DNA of 64,000 bases from Promethearchaeota archaeon. GTDB taxonomy: Archaea; Asgardarchaeota; Hermodarchaeia; Hermodarchaeales; Hermodarchaeaceae. Of this stretch, positions 19,106 through 29,332 are shown in pieces. The stretch is taken from positions 96,001 through 160,000 of the forward strand of contig JBHLPH010000001.1 of NCBI GenBank assembly GCA_048939625.1, given 5' to 3'. Both the position numbers and the translations under genes were made by a program. Below the pieces are notes generated by a model. It did no database searches. It saw nothing but the letters and a program-made list of their open reading frames with translations, and was not told where the DNA came from. Within the stretch, counting starts at the first letter, position 1. Every line of letters starts with the position of its first letter.

Positions 19106-19620
19106 GTGAACTGCTCCTACATAGATGAAGGAGCTTCCATCTAGTCCACTCTAGAGAGGACATTGGGGAGGGCTGTATGTCGATGCAAGCTAGCCCAAAA
19201 CGCATGGATTAGCGCCCCGTTCACAGGGGGTTGCTGCAATAAGAACCGTAATATAATCTGCATAAAGACGGCAAAGGGTCATTTGAAGTACTTTGGAGTT
19301 GACTCAGGCGTATTCTGGGTATTGTGTTTTAAGGGCAGGCAAGGTGTTTTGTTGTTGGGTATAGGTGATCTATTACGTTGGGCTTCAGGCTTCGAGTGAA
19401 CCGTCGCCCCATGATTGCGTCGTTCAGCAAGAGCGAAGTTATAAAGGAGGCGGCATTTTTCTGACAGGACCCAAAGGACTTGAGCCTGTTCAGTTGTCGA
19501 AGTGATGCGGATTTTTCGTTTTAGCAGCATCGAGGTCATGCTGGGACTAGATGGGAAGTCAATATTTTTCAGTCTGGTGGAGTGGTCCGGATAAGTATCA
19601 AGTCAGTTCATACTTGATAT
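19106..19620 (-). mobile_element. Internally deleted IS200/IS605-family (tnpB-only) element
   Basis: Right end with hairpin GCTCCT-N10-AGGAGC followed by AGTTCAC; candidate left-end hairpin TATCAAGT-N8-ACTTGATA (19596-19619); left boundary uncertain. Confidence 0.7.
19141..19539 (-). pseudogene. tnpB: tnpB pseudogene (frameshift, premature TGA, RuvC region deleted)
   Basis: N-terminal CRLLYNFALAERR; shifted frame ITYTQQQNTLPALKTQYPEYA*VNSKVLQMTL; then joins directly to C-terminal-like RFLLQQPPVNG. Confidence 0.8.
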
Positions 19621-19716
19621 CCAAAAAGAGGTTTCTTAACGAAGAAGTTAAAAACAACCTTTGAGTATTCGGGTTCACTCCGGTAAGAAGTTCTCATTAC
19701 ATGATGGTGTTTAACT

Positions 19717-21093
19717 GTGAAGAAAATGACAACATTGATTCCCATCCTGGTCTTACTAGCCATGCTGATACTGAGCCCAATCATTGCGCCAACTATTAGC
19801 TTACAACTAGGAGAGTCAGGAAAGAACAATCTATTGCAATCAAAGAGCCCTCCAGCTCCACAGATCACAGCGGACTGGCTTGATGTCAACCTTGATGTAG
19901 AATTCGGTTTTGATAGTGATTCGGTGACCATTGGATGGACCGGACGTCCCCGAACTGGCACACAATCCCCCTTTAATCCCCTTTATACCTGGACGAAATC
20001 TGGCTCTATTGATGGTGGAATCTGGGAAGGCAATCCTGGAAATGCCACAATTTCAGCTGTTGCGTGGGATAATACTACAACAGCTTCTGAAGTCAGCGAT
20101 TTCTTGAATTACACCATGGAAAACTACGTACGTTTTACCAGTTATCCCTCCCTTAGTAGCTTTAACTTTACAGACTACGAGAATCAAACCACCTGGCTTT
20201 TTAATGACGTGATTGCCTCACATGAAGAATTTCTTAACAACACGTTCTATCTTGTAAACAACGCTACAGCGTACCTTATGGATGGTTTTAATGCAACCGG
20301 AATCATCGGAAGTCTCAGTGAATATCACATTCATCTTGAATGGTTCGAGAGCGACCCAATTGCTGATGTGACCTTCACCTACACCATCTCGGATATCATA
20401 ACCCAGATAGGGAACACCTACGACTTTCGCCTTGGAGATGCTTTTGGCTATTCTGCTCCTCTGGATCTAACTGGCGAAGGCACTGTAATTATTAATGCCC
20501 CACATAATCGTGTCTACTTGAATGGAACCCCCACGTGGGTATTTGAGGATAAGCCCTTCCCTTTCTATCCAATAGGCACTGAGGAATATTCGCTGTCAGA
20601 TTCTACTGAGGATTTTGAGTACTGGATTTCCTTCCAAGAGGGATCCTCGGTACTGTCCATTACCCGAGAGCTCAGCACGAACGTCCTCAATCGTGGTGAT
20701 CTCCTGACTGTAAGAATCATAGTTGAAAACACTGGAAATACCATCTTTACTGAAGCGATAATTCGGGATGTTGTTTCAATTGAAACGGGTGTATTCCAGC
20801 TCGTTAGTGGAATCGCATCGACAACCATTCAAGACCTTCATCCTGGCGAAAACGTCACCCTTGAGTACACTGCTATGGCACTTCAAGCAGGTATCTACGA
20901 ATATCCCTCAGTCATCATCGTGGGTTTTGATGTGTTCAGCAGCCAACACACCTTTACTTCCATGACCGAATCGATTACCATCGGAAGTGGTTTAATCCCA
21001 AGTGAACTCTCCCTAATCGGGATAGTTGTCGCCATTATCATTATCTTCATTATTCTACTCATCCTCTATCGGTTCCGACGACGAATCTTCTAG
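19717..21093 (+). CDS. Cell-surface glycoprotein: signal peptide, Ig-like (DUF11/BatD-like) domain, C-terminal TM anchor
   Basis: Hydrophobic N-terminus; many NxS/T sequons; GDLLTVRIIVENTG; TM followed by RFRRR. Confidence 0.7.
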   Translation: MKKMTTLIPILVLLAMLILSPIIAPTISLQLGESGKNNLLQSKSPPAPQITADWLDVNLDVEFGFDSDSVTIGWTGRPRTGTQSPFNPLYTWTKSGSIDGGIWEGNPGNATISAVAWDNTTTASEVSDFLNYTMENYVRFTSYPSLSSFNFTDYENQTTWLFNDVIASHEEFLNNTFYLVNNATAYLMDGFNATGIIGSLSEYHIHLEWFESDPIADVTFTYTISDIITQIGNTYDFRLGDAFGYSAPLDLTGEGTVIINAPHNRVYLNGTPTWVFEDKPFPFYPIGTEEYSLSDSTEDFEYWISFQEGSSVLSITRELSTNVLNRGDLLTVRIIVENTGNTIFTEAIIRDVVSIETGVFQLVSGIASTTIQDLHPGENVTLEYTAMALQAGIYEYPSVIIVGFDVFSSQHTFTSMTESITIGSGLIPSELSLIGIVVAIIIIFIILLILYRFRRRIF

Positions 21094-21216
21094 CCAAATC
21101 TTCAACCGCATAAATCCGATTTTCGGTAAAAAAGACTCAATATGAGGACGTAAGATTAAGTTGGGCAAAGTCCTAAAAGCTCAAAACCCTAAGATGCCTA
21201 CAGGCGGTTGTTCAAT

Positions 21217-22572
21217 ATGCCAATAGAGGAACCTGCCGGATATCTCGGCAATGCTCAGAAAACTCTTAGCAAAGCAAAGGTCCGGATTGGAGATCGCATA
21301 TCCATCGAAACTACTGATAACACCTTTGAAGGGATTGTAATTCCTCGTGCAGAAATTGGTGCTGATGACCAACACATAGTCCTCAAACTGGATTCTGGAT
21401 ATAATGTGGGTATTCATGTTGATAATATTAAGCAACTCAAACGGGTAGCCGCAGGAAGAGAAGTTCAACCCGAAATGCCTTCAGTTCTGAGGAAAACTAA
21501 GAAAGGATTACCCTGGGTCAGTATCTTGAGTACCGGAGGAACCATTGCCAGTCGGGTTGACTACCATACGGGCGCTGTCAATCCTGCCTTAACAGCAGAT
21601 GATCTCTATACAGTCGTCCCAGAACTAGGTGAGTTGGCAAATATTCGTGCTGAGGTCCTACTTAGCATATTTAGTGAAAACCTACTCCCAAGCCATTGGA
21701 CAGCAATCGCTAAACAGACGGCAAACCATCTTGAGGAGTCCGAAGGCGTTGTAATTGCTCATGGGACAGATACAATGGGATATACGGCTGCAGCACTTAG
21801 TTTTGCCCTCCAACACCTCCCGCGTCCAGTAATTCTAACGGGTTCACAGCGATCGTCTGACCGCCCATCTTCGGATGCGGCCTTGAATTTAACAGGTGCG
21901 GTTATCACAGCGTGTCAAGCACCCTTTGCCGAAGTTGTAATCGCAATGCATCGCTCCCCGGATGATACCCGAATAGCCCTACACCCAGGAACCCAGGTTC
22001 GTAAATGTCACACCAGCCGCCGAGATGCTTTCTTGACCATCAACGCAGACGTGCTAGGCGAGGTCAAAGATGGAAAGTTGCATATGTTCGTCGATAAGTC
22101 TTTGTACCGCCATCGTGATACTAAGCGAAAACTAAAATTGCAGCCTAACTTCGACGCCAAAGTTGCATTATTGAAAACCACCCCCGGGATAACTGGTGAA
22201 CTAGTTGATACACTTATTGATCGCAACTATCACGGAATAGTCCTCGAAGGAACTGGGCTTGGCCATGCCCCTGAATCGATGTTCGCTGCAATTGAAAGAG
22301 CCCGAGAAGAACGCATTCCGATTGTGATGACGTCTCAGTGCATTTGGGGGCGCGTTCAGATGCGCGTTTACCGAACAGGAGTGGAATTAGTCCAACGCGG
22401 AGTCATCCCCGCCGAGGACATGATTGCGGAGACAGCTTACGTGAAGTTAATGTGGGTTCTGGCTCAAACTCGTGACCCTTCCGAAGTTCGGAAAAAAATG
22501 CTGAAAAACCTCACTGGAGAGATAACAGACCGTTCGAAACGCAGTCAATACGAGGAGATGAGTCAAGGATGA
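21217..22572 (+). CDS. gatD: Glu-tRNA(Gln) amidotransferase subunit D
   Basis: KLDSGYNVG, TGGTIAS, HGTDT and GSQRSSDRPSSD motifs. Confidence 0.95.
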   Translation: MPIEEPAGYLGNAQKTLSKAKVRIGDRISIETTDNTFEGIVIPRAEIGADDQHIVLKLDSGYNVGIHVDNIKQLKRVAAGREVQPEMPSVLRKTKKGLPWVSILSTGGTIASRVDYHTGAVNPALTADDLYTVVPELGELANIRAEVLLSIFSENLLPSHWTAIAKQTANHLEESEGVVIAHGTDTMGYTAAALSFALQHLPRPVILTGSQRSSDRPSSDAALNLTGAVITACQAPFAEVVIAMHRSPDDTRIALHPGTQVRKCHTSRRDAFLTINADVLGEVKDGKLHMFVDKSLYRHRDTKRKLKLQPNFDAKVALLKTTPGITGELVDTLIDRNYHGIVLEGTGLGHAPESMFAAIERAREERIPIVMTSQCIWGRVQMRVYRTGVELVQRGVIPAEDMIAETAYVKLMWVLAQTRDPSEVRKKMLKNLTGEITDRSKRSQYEEMSQG

Positions 22573-24476
22573 CTCCCATAGATTTCGAGAAAGTGGGAGC
22601 TCTCATTGGTATTGAGGTTCATCAGCAGTTGGATACGAAAACCAAATTATTCTGTAATTGTCCTACTGCAATCCGAGAAGATGACCCCGATTTCACTTTT
22701 CTCCGTCGCTTGCGTCCAACTCAGAGTGAACTTGGTGAGGTAGATCCTGCTGCGCTGTTTGAATTCCAGAAAGGTCGAGTTCACATTTATGAAAACTATG
22801 ATGATAGTGTCTGTTTAGTGGAACAGGATGAAGAACCACCCCACCTTCTAGATGAAGAAGCGGTAGATTTCGCCTTAGAAATTTCGCTACTAATGAAAGC
22901 ACAACCTGTAGATGAGATTCAGGTTATGCGTAAGCTAGTCATTGATGGCTCTAACACAACAGGTTTCCAACGAAGCGTCGTCGTCGCTTTTGGTGGATTA
23001 ATTAATGTAAATGGATTGACTGTGCCAATCCAAACCATCGGCGTAGAAGAAGATGCGGCAAGAAAAATCCGAGACGAAGGATTTCGAACCTATTGGCGTC
23101 TTGACCGTTTGGGAATTCCGCTCATTGAGGTTGCGACCGCACCTGTAATGAAAACGCCCCAACAGGTTTTAGATACGGCTCTTCGTATCGGACAAATCTT
23201 CAGAGTCACTGGAAAAGTCAAACGAGGTTTGGGAACAATTCGCCAAGATATTAATGTATCAATCGAAGGGGGAGCCATTATAGAAATAAAGGGAGTTCAA
23301 AAACTGAATCTCATTGGTCAAGTGGTCCAATTTGAGGTTCAACGACAGATTGAACTCCTTAAATTGCGTGACGAATTGAAGCAAAAAGGCATCCGTCCCA
23401 GCCAAATAAAGAAAGACATTCATGATGTCTCGGAGCTATTTCGGCAGAGTAAAAGCAAAGTTATCAAGGCAGCACTTAAACGAAATGAAGGTGTTTATGC
23501 CTTGGTGCTTCCAGGATTCACCGGGTTTGTTGGGCGGGAGATACAGCCTGGTCGTCGACTAGGAAGTGAGTTTGCGGATTATGCGAAATTCTGGGGCGGA
23601 GTTCAAGGACTATTCCATACCGATGAACTCCCTAATTATGGAATTACCGCCGAAGAAGTATCACAATTACGGAGTAATATCAAAGCCGAAACGAAAGATG
23701 CTGTTATCATTGTTGCTGCATCGGAATCCGCGTCTATGGAAGCACTCAAAGCAGTTGCTGAACGAGCAAAAGAAGCACTGAAAGGTGTACCAGCAGAAAC
23801 TCGAGGTCCAATAGAGAATGGTACAACGCATTACTCCCGACCAAGACCTGGTGCGGCTCGCATGTATCCAGAAACGGATGTGGCACCTGTTGTAGTGACC
23901 ACTGAACGGCTTGCTCGTATTCGTGCAGGCTTACCTGAGTTGCCAGAGGAAAAATTGCAGAAATTCCGGGACGAGTATCAACTTAGCGATGAGTTAGCAG
24001 GAATTATGATTCGTTCTCTCCGAATTGACCTTTTTGAGCAGATCACCAACAAACATCCGTCTTTAGCCGTCACAGCTGCTTCAGCTCTTGAAACAACATG
24101 GCGGAATCTCGAACGAGAAGGCTTGGCAGTTGATGACATATCTGAAAAACAGATCCTGCTTTTATTTGATCGACTAGCAGAGGAAAAATTTGCCAAGGAA
24201 GCCATTGAAGAGCTTCTGACATGGTTAGCGAAAAATCAAGAGAAATCAGTGGATGATGCCATCACCGATCTCGGGTTAGGTGTGATCTCCCGAAAAGAGC
24301 TTAAGTCTATTATTGATAAGATTGTTGAATCAAATGCTTCGATGGTTACCGAGCGTGGAGAAAGAGCTATTGGCCCACTCATGGGTATGGTGATGAAGGA
24401 AGTAAGAGGGCGGGCTGATGGAAAACTGGTAAATGAATTATTACAAAATGCAGTAAAAGCGCATCTTATGAACTAA
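22569..24476 (+). CDS. gatE: Glu-tRNA(Gln) amidotransferase subunit E
   Basis: GIEVHQQL, DGSNTTGFQR and RPRPGAARMYPETD motifs; 4-nt overlap with gatD. Confidence 0.95.
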   Translation: MTPIDFEKVGALIGIEVHQQLDTKTKLFCNCPTAIREDDPDFTFLRRLRPTQSELGEVDPAALFEFQKGRVHIYENYDDSVCLVEQDEEPPHLLDEEAVDFALEISLLMKAQPVDEIQVMRKLVIDGSNTTGFQRSVVVAFGGLINVNGLTVPIQTIGVEEDAARKIRDEGFRTYWRLDRLGIPLIEVATAPVMKTPQQVLDTALRIGQIFRVTGKVKRGLGTIRQDINVSIEGGAIIEIKGVQKLNLIGQVVQFEVQRQIELLKLRDELKQKGIRPSQIKKDIHDVSELFRQSKSKVIKAALKRNEGVYALVLPGFTGFVGREIQPGRRLGSEFADYAKFWGGVQGLFHTDELPNYGITAEEVSQLRSNIKAETKDAVIIVAASESASMEALKAVAERAKEALKGVPAETRGPIENGTTHYSRPRPGAARMYPETDVAPVVVTTERLARIRAGLPELPEEKLQKFRDEYQLSDELAGIMIRSLRIDLFEQITNKHPSLAVTAASALETTWRNLEREGLAVDDISEKQILLLFDRLAEEKFAKEAIEELLTWLAKNQEKSVDDAITDLGLGVISRKELKSIIDKIVESNASMVTERGERAIGPLMGMVMKEVRGRADGKLVNELLQNAVKAHLMN

Positions 24477-24495
24477 TGCAGATATGTAGTGTTTC

Positions 24496-25119
24496 TTAGT
24501 AAATGGCAGCTAAAACCACTAAGATAAGACCAGTAACAACCCCTGCCAACACCATTCGTAATCCCCCTACTATCATATTTGAATTAGCTATTCGCCCCAT
24601 CCAAACACCTAGAATAAACAGGAAAATCATTGTAATAGATACAGAGAAAGCAGCTGCAACGAGAAAATTAGCGGGTAAAATCATGAGAGGGATGAGAGGA
24701 AGAATTGCTGCTGGAAGTGGTGCAAAGCCATGAATAAACGAAGCCCAAATCGTGGCGAACCGCACTGCAGAATTCACTAAACAGCCATCCATTGGGCGTT
24801 GCATTTGTATTTCGAGTTGGTGAATTTCTAATTTTCTTTCCACGCGTTCAGCTTCATAAGCCCCCCATCCACTAGAGATTGCTAACCCAATTGCTGCGGC
24901 TACACTAGCGTTTACTAGAAGCCGAACATCAAAGGGGCTAATAATATTGCCAAAAAAGACAACAGCGGCAAGGGCACCCAGTACAATGGCTACAATGGTT
25001 AAAGCCCCATCAAATGCACCAATCACGATATAGCGACGAGTGAGTGAACCGAGTTCCGTCATTCGCCAATACATTTTCCAGCATTCGATACGTCCCATTG
25101 TCTTTGCCATTATTGTCAC
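24496..25119 (-). CDS. VIT1/CCC1-family metal transporter
   Basis: RRYIVIGAFDGALT and GAYEAER motifs; 5 TM. Confidence 0.75.
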   Translation of the reverse strand: MTIMAKTMGRIECWKMYWRMTELGSLTRRYIVIGAFDGALTIVAIVLGALAAVVFFGNIISPFDVRLLVNASVAAAIGLAISSGWGAYEAERVERKLEIHQLEIQMQRPMDGCLVNSAVRFATIWASFIHGFAPLPAAILPLIPLMILPANFLVAAAFSVSITMIFLFILGVWMGRIANSNMIVGGLRMVLAGVVTGLILVVLAAIY

Positions 25120-25229
25120 CCTAGCCTGTTTACTTGGAAATGAATCAAAGGATACTATTGAAAGGGCTCTAAACCTGAAAAAAGGTAGGCTGTGAAAAGC
25201 AAATTAAGAAATTGAGGGGGGTAGAACCT

Positions 25230-26720
25230 TTAACAATTCAGGAGATTAGGTATTTCACTAATTAGGTGACGGGTTTGATCCCCAGTATCACGGTCCCGAA
25301 TCGTTGCAGTTTGATCCTCTAGACTTTGAGGATCAATTGTTACTGCTTTCGGTATTCCAATTTCATCTGCTCTTGCATACCGACGGCCTATACGTCCACT
25401 GGCATCATATTGAACTGCCAGACCCTGGGACTTACAGACATTATAAAGTGTGGTTGCTTTCTCTTCAATCTTGGATCGATTCAAGAGAGGTAATATTACG
25501 GCTTGGTACGGTGCAAGCGCGTTTGGAAATTGGAACCAGCTCCATCCACGTGCTTTATCTTTAGGTCGGTAAGCATGTTCTAAAATGGCATAGATAACTC
25601 GATCTACACCGAATGAAGGTTCAATAACATGGGGGATTACCTTTCGACCCTCAACATCGATACTTAGATCCTTTTGACTTCCATTCATATGTGATTTGAG
25701 GTCGTGATCTCGCCGATAGGCATTGCCAATTACTTCCTTCCATCCAAAACTAAATTGGACCTCGAGATCGAAATTCCCTCCACTATAGTGTGGTGTTTCT
25801 TCTTTTCGCATATGCCGAAACCGCAACGCATTGTCAGGAATTCCCAAGAGCTTAAAGAATTCCACTTCTTCACCCAAGGTTGCCGCCATCCATTGGTTTG
25901 GGACGTATTTTTTTTCAAAGGCTTCTTGCACACTCAATTGAACTGATTTATACTCAGTACTTCCCTTTTTAGCAGCCTTTTCTTGTTCTTCACGAGTAAC
26001 GAAGTTTAAGGATACTCCTGCGACGTCTTCAATTAATGGACAATCATCCAAAGCCTGAGGATCAATGAAGTATTCGATTTCCATTTGACCAAATTCGCGA
26101 ACCCGAACTATGCTTTGACGTGGAGAAATTTCATTTCGATATGAGCGCCCGATTTGTGCAATGCCAAAAGGTAACTTGGCACGCATGGCTGTTTGGATGC
26201 GCTTGAAACCAAGAAAAATATTCTGAGCGGTTTCAGGTCGAAGGAATGCTTGACGGCGTTCACCACCCACATTTGTTCCAAACATCAATCCGAAGCTTTT
26301 GACTTCACGTAACGGTTCTCCACAAACCGGGCAACGTAATTTCTTTTCTTGCACAATGGCTTGCAATTCCTTGTTGGATTTACCTTCTGCGGGGATTTTC
26401 AACCGCTCTTCGATTAACTGGTCAATGCGGGAAACGTGCCCCTTGGAGCACTCAGCTGATGGGTCAGTAAAATGATCTAAATGCCCTGAAGCTTTGAATA
26501 CCAAGCTGGGTAGAATGGTATTACCACTTACTTCAAATACATAGTCTCGACTTTCAACGAACCGATCTCGCCACAGCTTGATAAGTTGGTTTCGGATTCG
26601 AGTGCCTATGGGACCAAAATCGTAAAATCCAGCAAGCCCTCCGTAGATTTCGGCACTAGGATATAGAATACCACGGCGTAATGAAATAGTCATTACTTCT
26701 TCAAGAAGTGATTTCGGCAT
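25230..26720 (-). CDS. glyS: Glycine--tRNA ligase (archaeal/eukaryotic type)
   Basis: LRPETAQ, YRNEISPR, VIEPSFG and IGRRYARADEIG motifs. Confidence 0.95.
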   Translation of the reverse strand: MPKSLLEEVMTISLRRGILYPSAEIYGGLAGFYDFGPIGTRIRNQLIKLWRDRFVESRDYVFEVSGNTILPSLVFKASGHLDHFTDPSAECSKGHVSRIDQLIEERLKIPAEGKSNKELQAIVQEKKLRCPVCGEPLREVKSFGLMFGTNVGGERRQAFLRPETAQNIFLGFKRIQTAMRAKLPFGIAQIGRSYRNEISPRQSIVRVREFGQMEIEYFIDPQALDDCPLIEDVAGVSLNFVTREEQEKAAKKGSTEYKSVQLSVQEAFEKKYVPNQWMAATLGEEVEFFKLLGIPDNALRFRHMRKEETPHYSGGNFDLEVQFSFGWKEVIGNAYRRDHDLKSHMNGSQKDLSIDVEGRKVIPHVIEPSFGVDRVIYAILEHAYRPKDKARGWSWFQFPNALAPYQAVILPLLNRSKIEEKATTLYNVCKSQGLAVQYDASGRIGRRYARADEIGIPKAVTIDPQSLEDQTATIRDRDTGDQTRHLISEIPNLLNC

Positions 26721-26920
26721 TGAAAACCCACACACACAAGGAAGAGTGCACCCTATTAAAGCCTGCTACGTTAATTTTCAACTTTATTCCTTTCTGAAAA
26801 CCGACAAAGGGGACAACTGTGGGTCGAAACATTTTAAGCAATATGTGGGAGTGGTTATTTATCGCTCAGTAAAGCGTGTTTAACACGTTTGATTATCTGT
26901 GGGAAAGGTGTAACTCCGAA

Positions 26921-27634
26921 ATGTCACAGGAAGAATTTGGTCAAATGTACTGGAACGGCGTACGAGACGCATTACGTATGGCTCAAACGTTTCTCTTTTG
27001 GAAAGAAAAGAACCCAAACGAGGATCGCACAATCGAAACCTTTGTTAGTGAAGCTCTTGAAGCTGTTCGTCAAAAGTGTGCCCCCTGCTTGAAAGAGATT
27101 TTGGGTGTCACGTTTGGAGAAGATGAAGCAGCTGTTGAAGAAATGCTGCCAGGCCTCCAAGAGATTGAAACAGCTCCAGAACCAGCCCCTGAGCCGGTTG
27201 TTGAATCCGAGCCGATTCCAGAACCGATGCCTGAACCAGAGCCTGAAGAGATTCCACCACCCGTCCCTCCTGTTCCTGAGCCTGAAGCAGTCCCCGAGCC
27301 GATTCCAGAACCGGCACCTATTGAAGCACCACCAGTAGCTGCTACTGAACCGGAACCAGAGCTTCCAGTCTTTCCTGCTGAAGAACCAGAAGCCCCAACG
27401 GAACCACCAACATTTGATTTTGGTGAAACAGAACCCGCTCCTGCACCTGCTCCTGAACCAGAGCTTCCAGCAGAACCAACCTTCGAACCTGCACCCGAAT
27501 TCGAAACTCCTGCTGAACCGGTTGCTCCAGCTCCCGTAGAACCAGCACCTGAACCAGCTCCTGCTGAACCTGCGGCTGAGGAATCCCAAGAGGGTGAAGA
27601 AGAAGAACCTAAACGGCGAACCTTCTTCTTCTAA
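26921..27634 (+). CDS. Hypothetical protein: small N-terminal helical domain, long Pro/Glu/Ala-rich disordered region, KRRTFFF tail
   Basis: Composition; BRE/TATA-like CGAAAC-ATTTTAAG at about 26825; start at ATG 26921 uncertain. Confidence 0.7.
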   Translation: MSQEEFGQMYWNGVRDALRMAQTFLFWKEKNPNEDRTIETFVSEALEAVRQKCAPCLKEILGVTFGEDEAAVEEMLPGLQEIETAPEPAPEPVVESEPIPEPMPEPEPEEIPPPVPPVPEPEAVPEPIPEPAPIEAPPVAATEPEPELPVFPAEEPEAPTEPPTFDFGETEPAPAPAPEPELPAEPTFEPAPEFETPAEPVAPAPVEPAPEPAPAEPAAEESQEGEEEEPKRRTFFF

Positions 27635-27678
27635 ATCATACACTCCCGTTCAGGCGACGTTCACACCCTGAAAGCATA

Positions 27679-28065
27679 TTAGGTTGACTTAAATAACTGC
27701 TGAAGCTGTTTTGCTGCCTGCTCAACCAAAATTAGTATTGCTCCCAGATGCTGCCGTTTGAATACGGCCACAAAGACCATATCATCATTCACCCCTCGCA
27801 GGATTAAACTCCCACCCTCAGTATCCAAGATTAATCGAGCAGGGGTCAGTGTAAACAGCTTGTCTGACAAGTCCACCGACACGTTGAGGAGAGTAGCCAA
27901 ACTCGCCGAGAGAAAGGTTTCATCTACATGCGCCCGAATTCGTGCCGTTACCGGTAACCCGGTCTTCATTAGCAACACAACTGCAATAACTCCCCCTGCC
28001 CGCTCATCAAATGTCTCCAACACTTTCTCTACATCCGCCATCAAACGATCTGCATCAACCGTCAC
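27679..28065 (-). CDS. Roadblock/LC7 (MglB-like) domain protein
   Basis: GVIAVVLLMKTGLPVTA...LSASLATL...LILDTEGG...LGAIL pattern. Confidence 0.8.
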   Translation of the reverse strand: MTVDADRLMADVEKVLETFDERAGGVIAVVLLMKTGLPVTARIRAHVDETFLSASLATLLNVSVDLSDKLFTLTPARLILDTEGGSLILRGVNDDMVFVAVFKRQHLGAILILVEQAAKQLQQLFKST

Positions 28066-28210
28066 ATAAACACCCCAGGCACAGTAACCATGCACTCCTA
28101 GGATAGAACCGTGTTTAAGAGTTTGGGCAAGTCCTAAAGACCACATAGCAAAGAATCAAGAGAAACTAAAATCGGATCAGAGGCAAAATATTCGCGCCTT
28201 AGATCTTTCA

Positions 28211-28528
28211 CTAAAGAATCTCAGCAAGCTCTTTCTCAATCTCTTCCCGAGGCCAAACACCGATATGTGTCTGAATCGGTTTTCCATCCTTAAACAAAAT
28301 CAATGTCGGAATCGCTCGAATCTGAAAGCGCATCGACGTCTCTGGCGCTTGATCCGCATCAATCTTCGCGATCGCTACACGACTCTTATCCAACTCCTTT
28401 TCCAAACTCTCCAATATAGGTGTCTGCATCTTACAGGGACCACACCACACTGTGTAGATGTCAAGTATTACGATTTCGTTTTTGTTGAGGAAGGCATCGA
28501 TTGTGGCATCAGTTAGTTCTTCGACCAT
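28211..28528 (-). CDS. trxA: Thioredoxin
   Basis: WCGPC active site and cis-Pro IPT; SD GAGGT. Confidence 0.92.
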   Translation of the reverse strand: MVEELTDATIDAFLNKNEIVILDIYTVWCGPCKMQTPILESLEKELDKSRVAIAKIDADQAPETSMRFQIRAIPTLILFKDGKPIQTHIGVWPREEIEKELAEIL

Positions 28529-28635
28529 GGTGATTACCTCGGTGGTTGGTTGGACTGTATCTTTTCCTCTTTATGGTTTGCCCTTTTTCGGTTTCTTCTT
28601 TTTCTTGTTCGATGCTGATATTGGATATTGTAGAG

Positions 28636-29154
28636 TTAGGCATTTTCAAGAAGTGTCGAGATGTTTAAGCCTTTGCCGATGTCACCGAGGTAGCGGATGA
28701 ATTGGATGAGAAGTTGGTCGAGCCCAAGAGCGCGGTGGGCTTGGGTGGGAAAGACCGGTGCCTGGATATTCATTAGAGTTTCGATTTGTTTAGGATGGAT
28801 AGCACCGGGGAGGTCTTGTTTGTTCGCGGCAACCGCGACTGGTGGTGGGTTGGGTCCGAAAATCTCGCGAAGATAGCGTTCGCCTTGGATAATTGTGTGG
28901 GGATTAGCACTGTCGACGACGAGGATGACACCGTCGGTTCCGCTGGAGAGGGCTTTGCGGACTAGACCAAATTGTTGGAGACCAGGGCTGCCAAATAGAT
29001 GCGCTTTGAACTCGCGATATTCAAGCGTCCCAAAATCTAAGCAAACCGTGCAACCGTTTACCTCGGTGGAAATGGCGTGATTGCTGACGCTTTGAATAAG
29101 AGTGGTTTTGCCGACGCCTTGAGGTCCTATGACAAGGATTTTCAGATGCCGCAT
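28636..29154 (-). CDS. Small Ras-like GTPase (MglA-like)
   Basis: G1 GPQGVGKTT, G2 TVCLDFG, G3 GSPG, G4 NKQD. Confidence 0.85.
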   Translation of the reverse strand: MRHLKILVIGPQGVGKTTLIQSVSNHAISTEVNGCTVCLDFGTLEYREFKAHLFGSPGLQQFGLVRKALSSGTDGVILVVDSANPHTIIQGERYLREIFGPNPPPVAVAANKQDLPGAIHPKQIETLMNIQAPVFPTQAHRALGLDQLLIQFIRYLGDIGKGLNISTLLENA

Positions 29155-29332
29155 GGTGCTACCCCCTAATGGTTAAGCCGTGGGTTGTGTGGTCTTAAGC
29201 CTTAAGGTTTATGTTTTCACGCGATTTCCGCACTCTTTAGTGGAGTACCGAAGTAAATGGGTCGCTGGAAATCCGCGCGGTAACAGCAAGCGTGTTGGGC
29301 GATGGAGGGATGTTGAGGTTGGAAAATTGGGA

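Noticed and set aside
26972-27643. 223-aa antisense ORF rich in F/R/W
   Set aside because: Shadow of the Pro/Glu codon repeats on the plus strand
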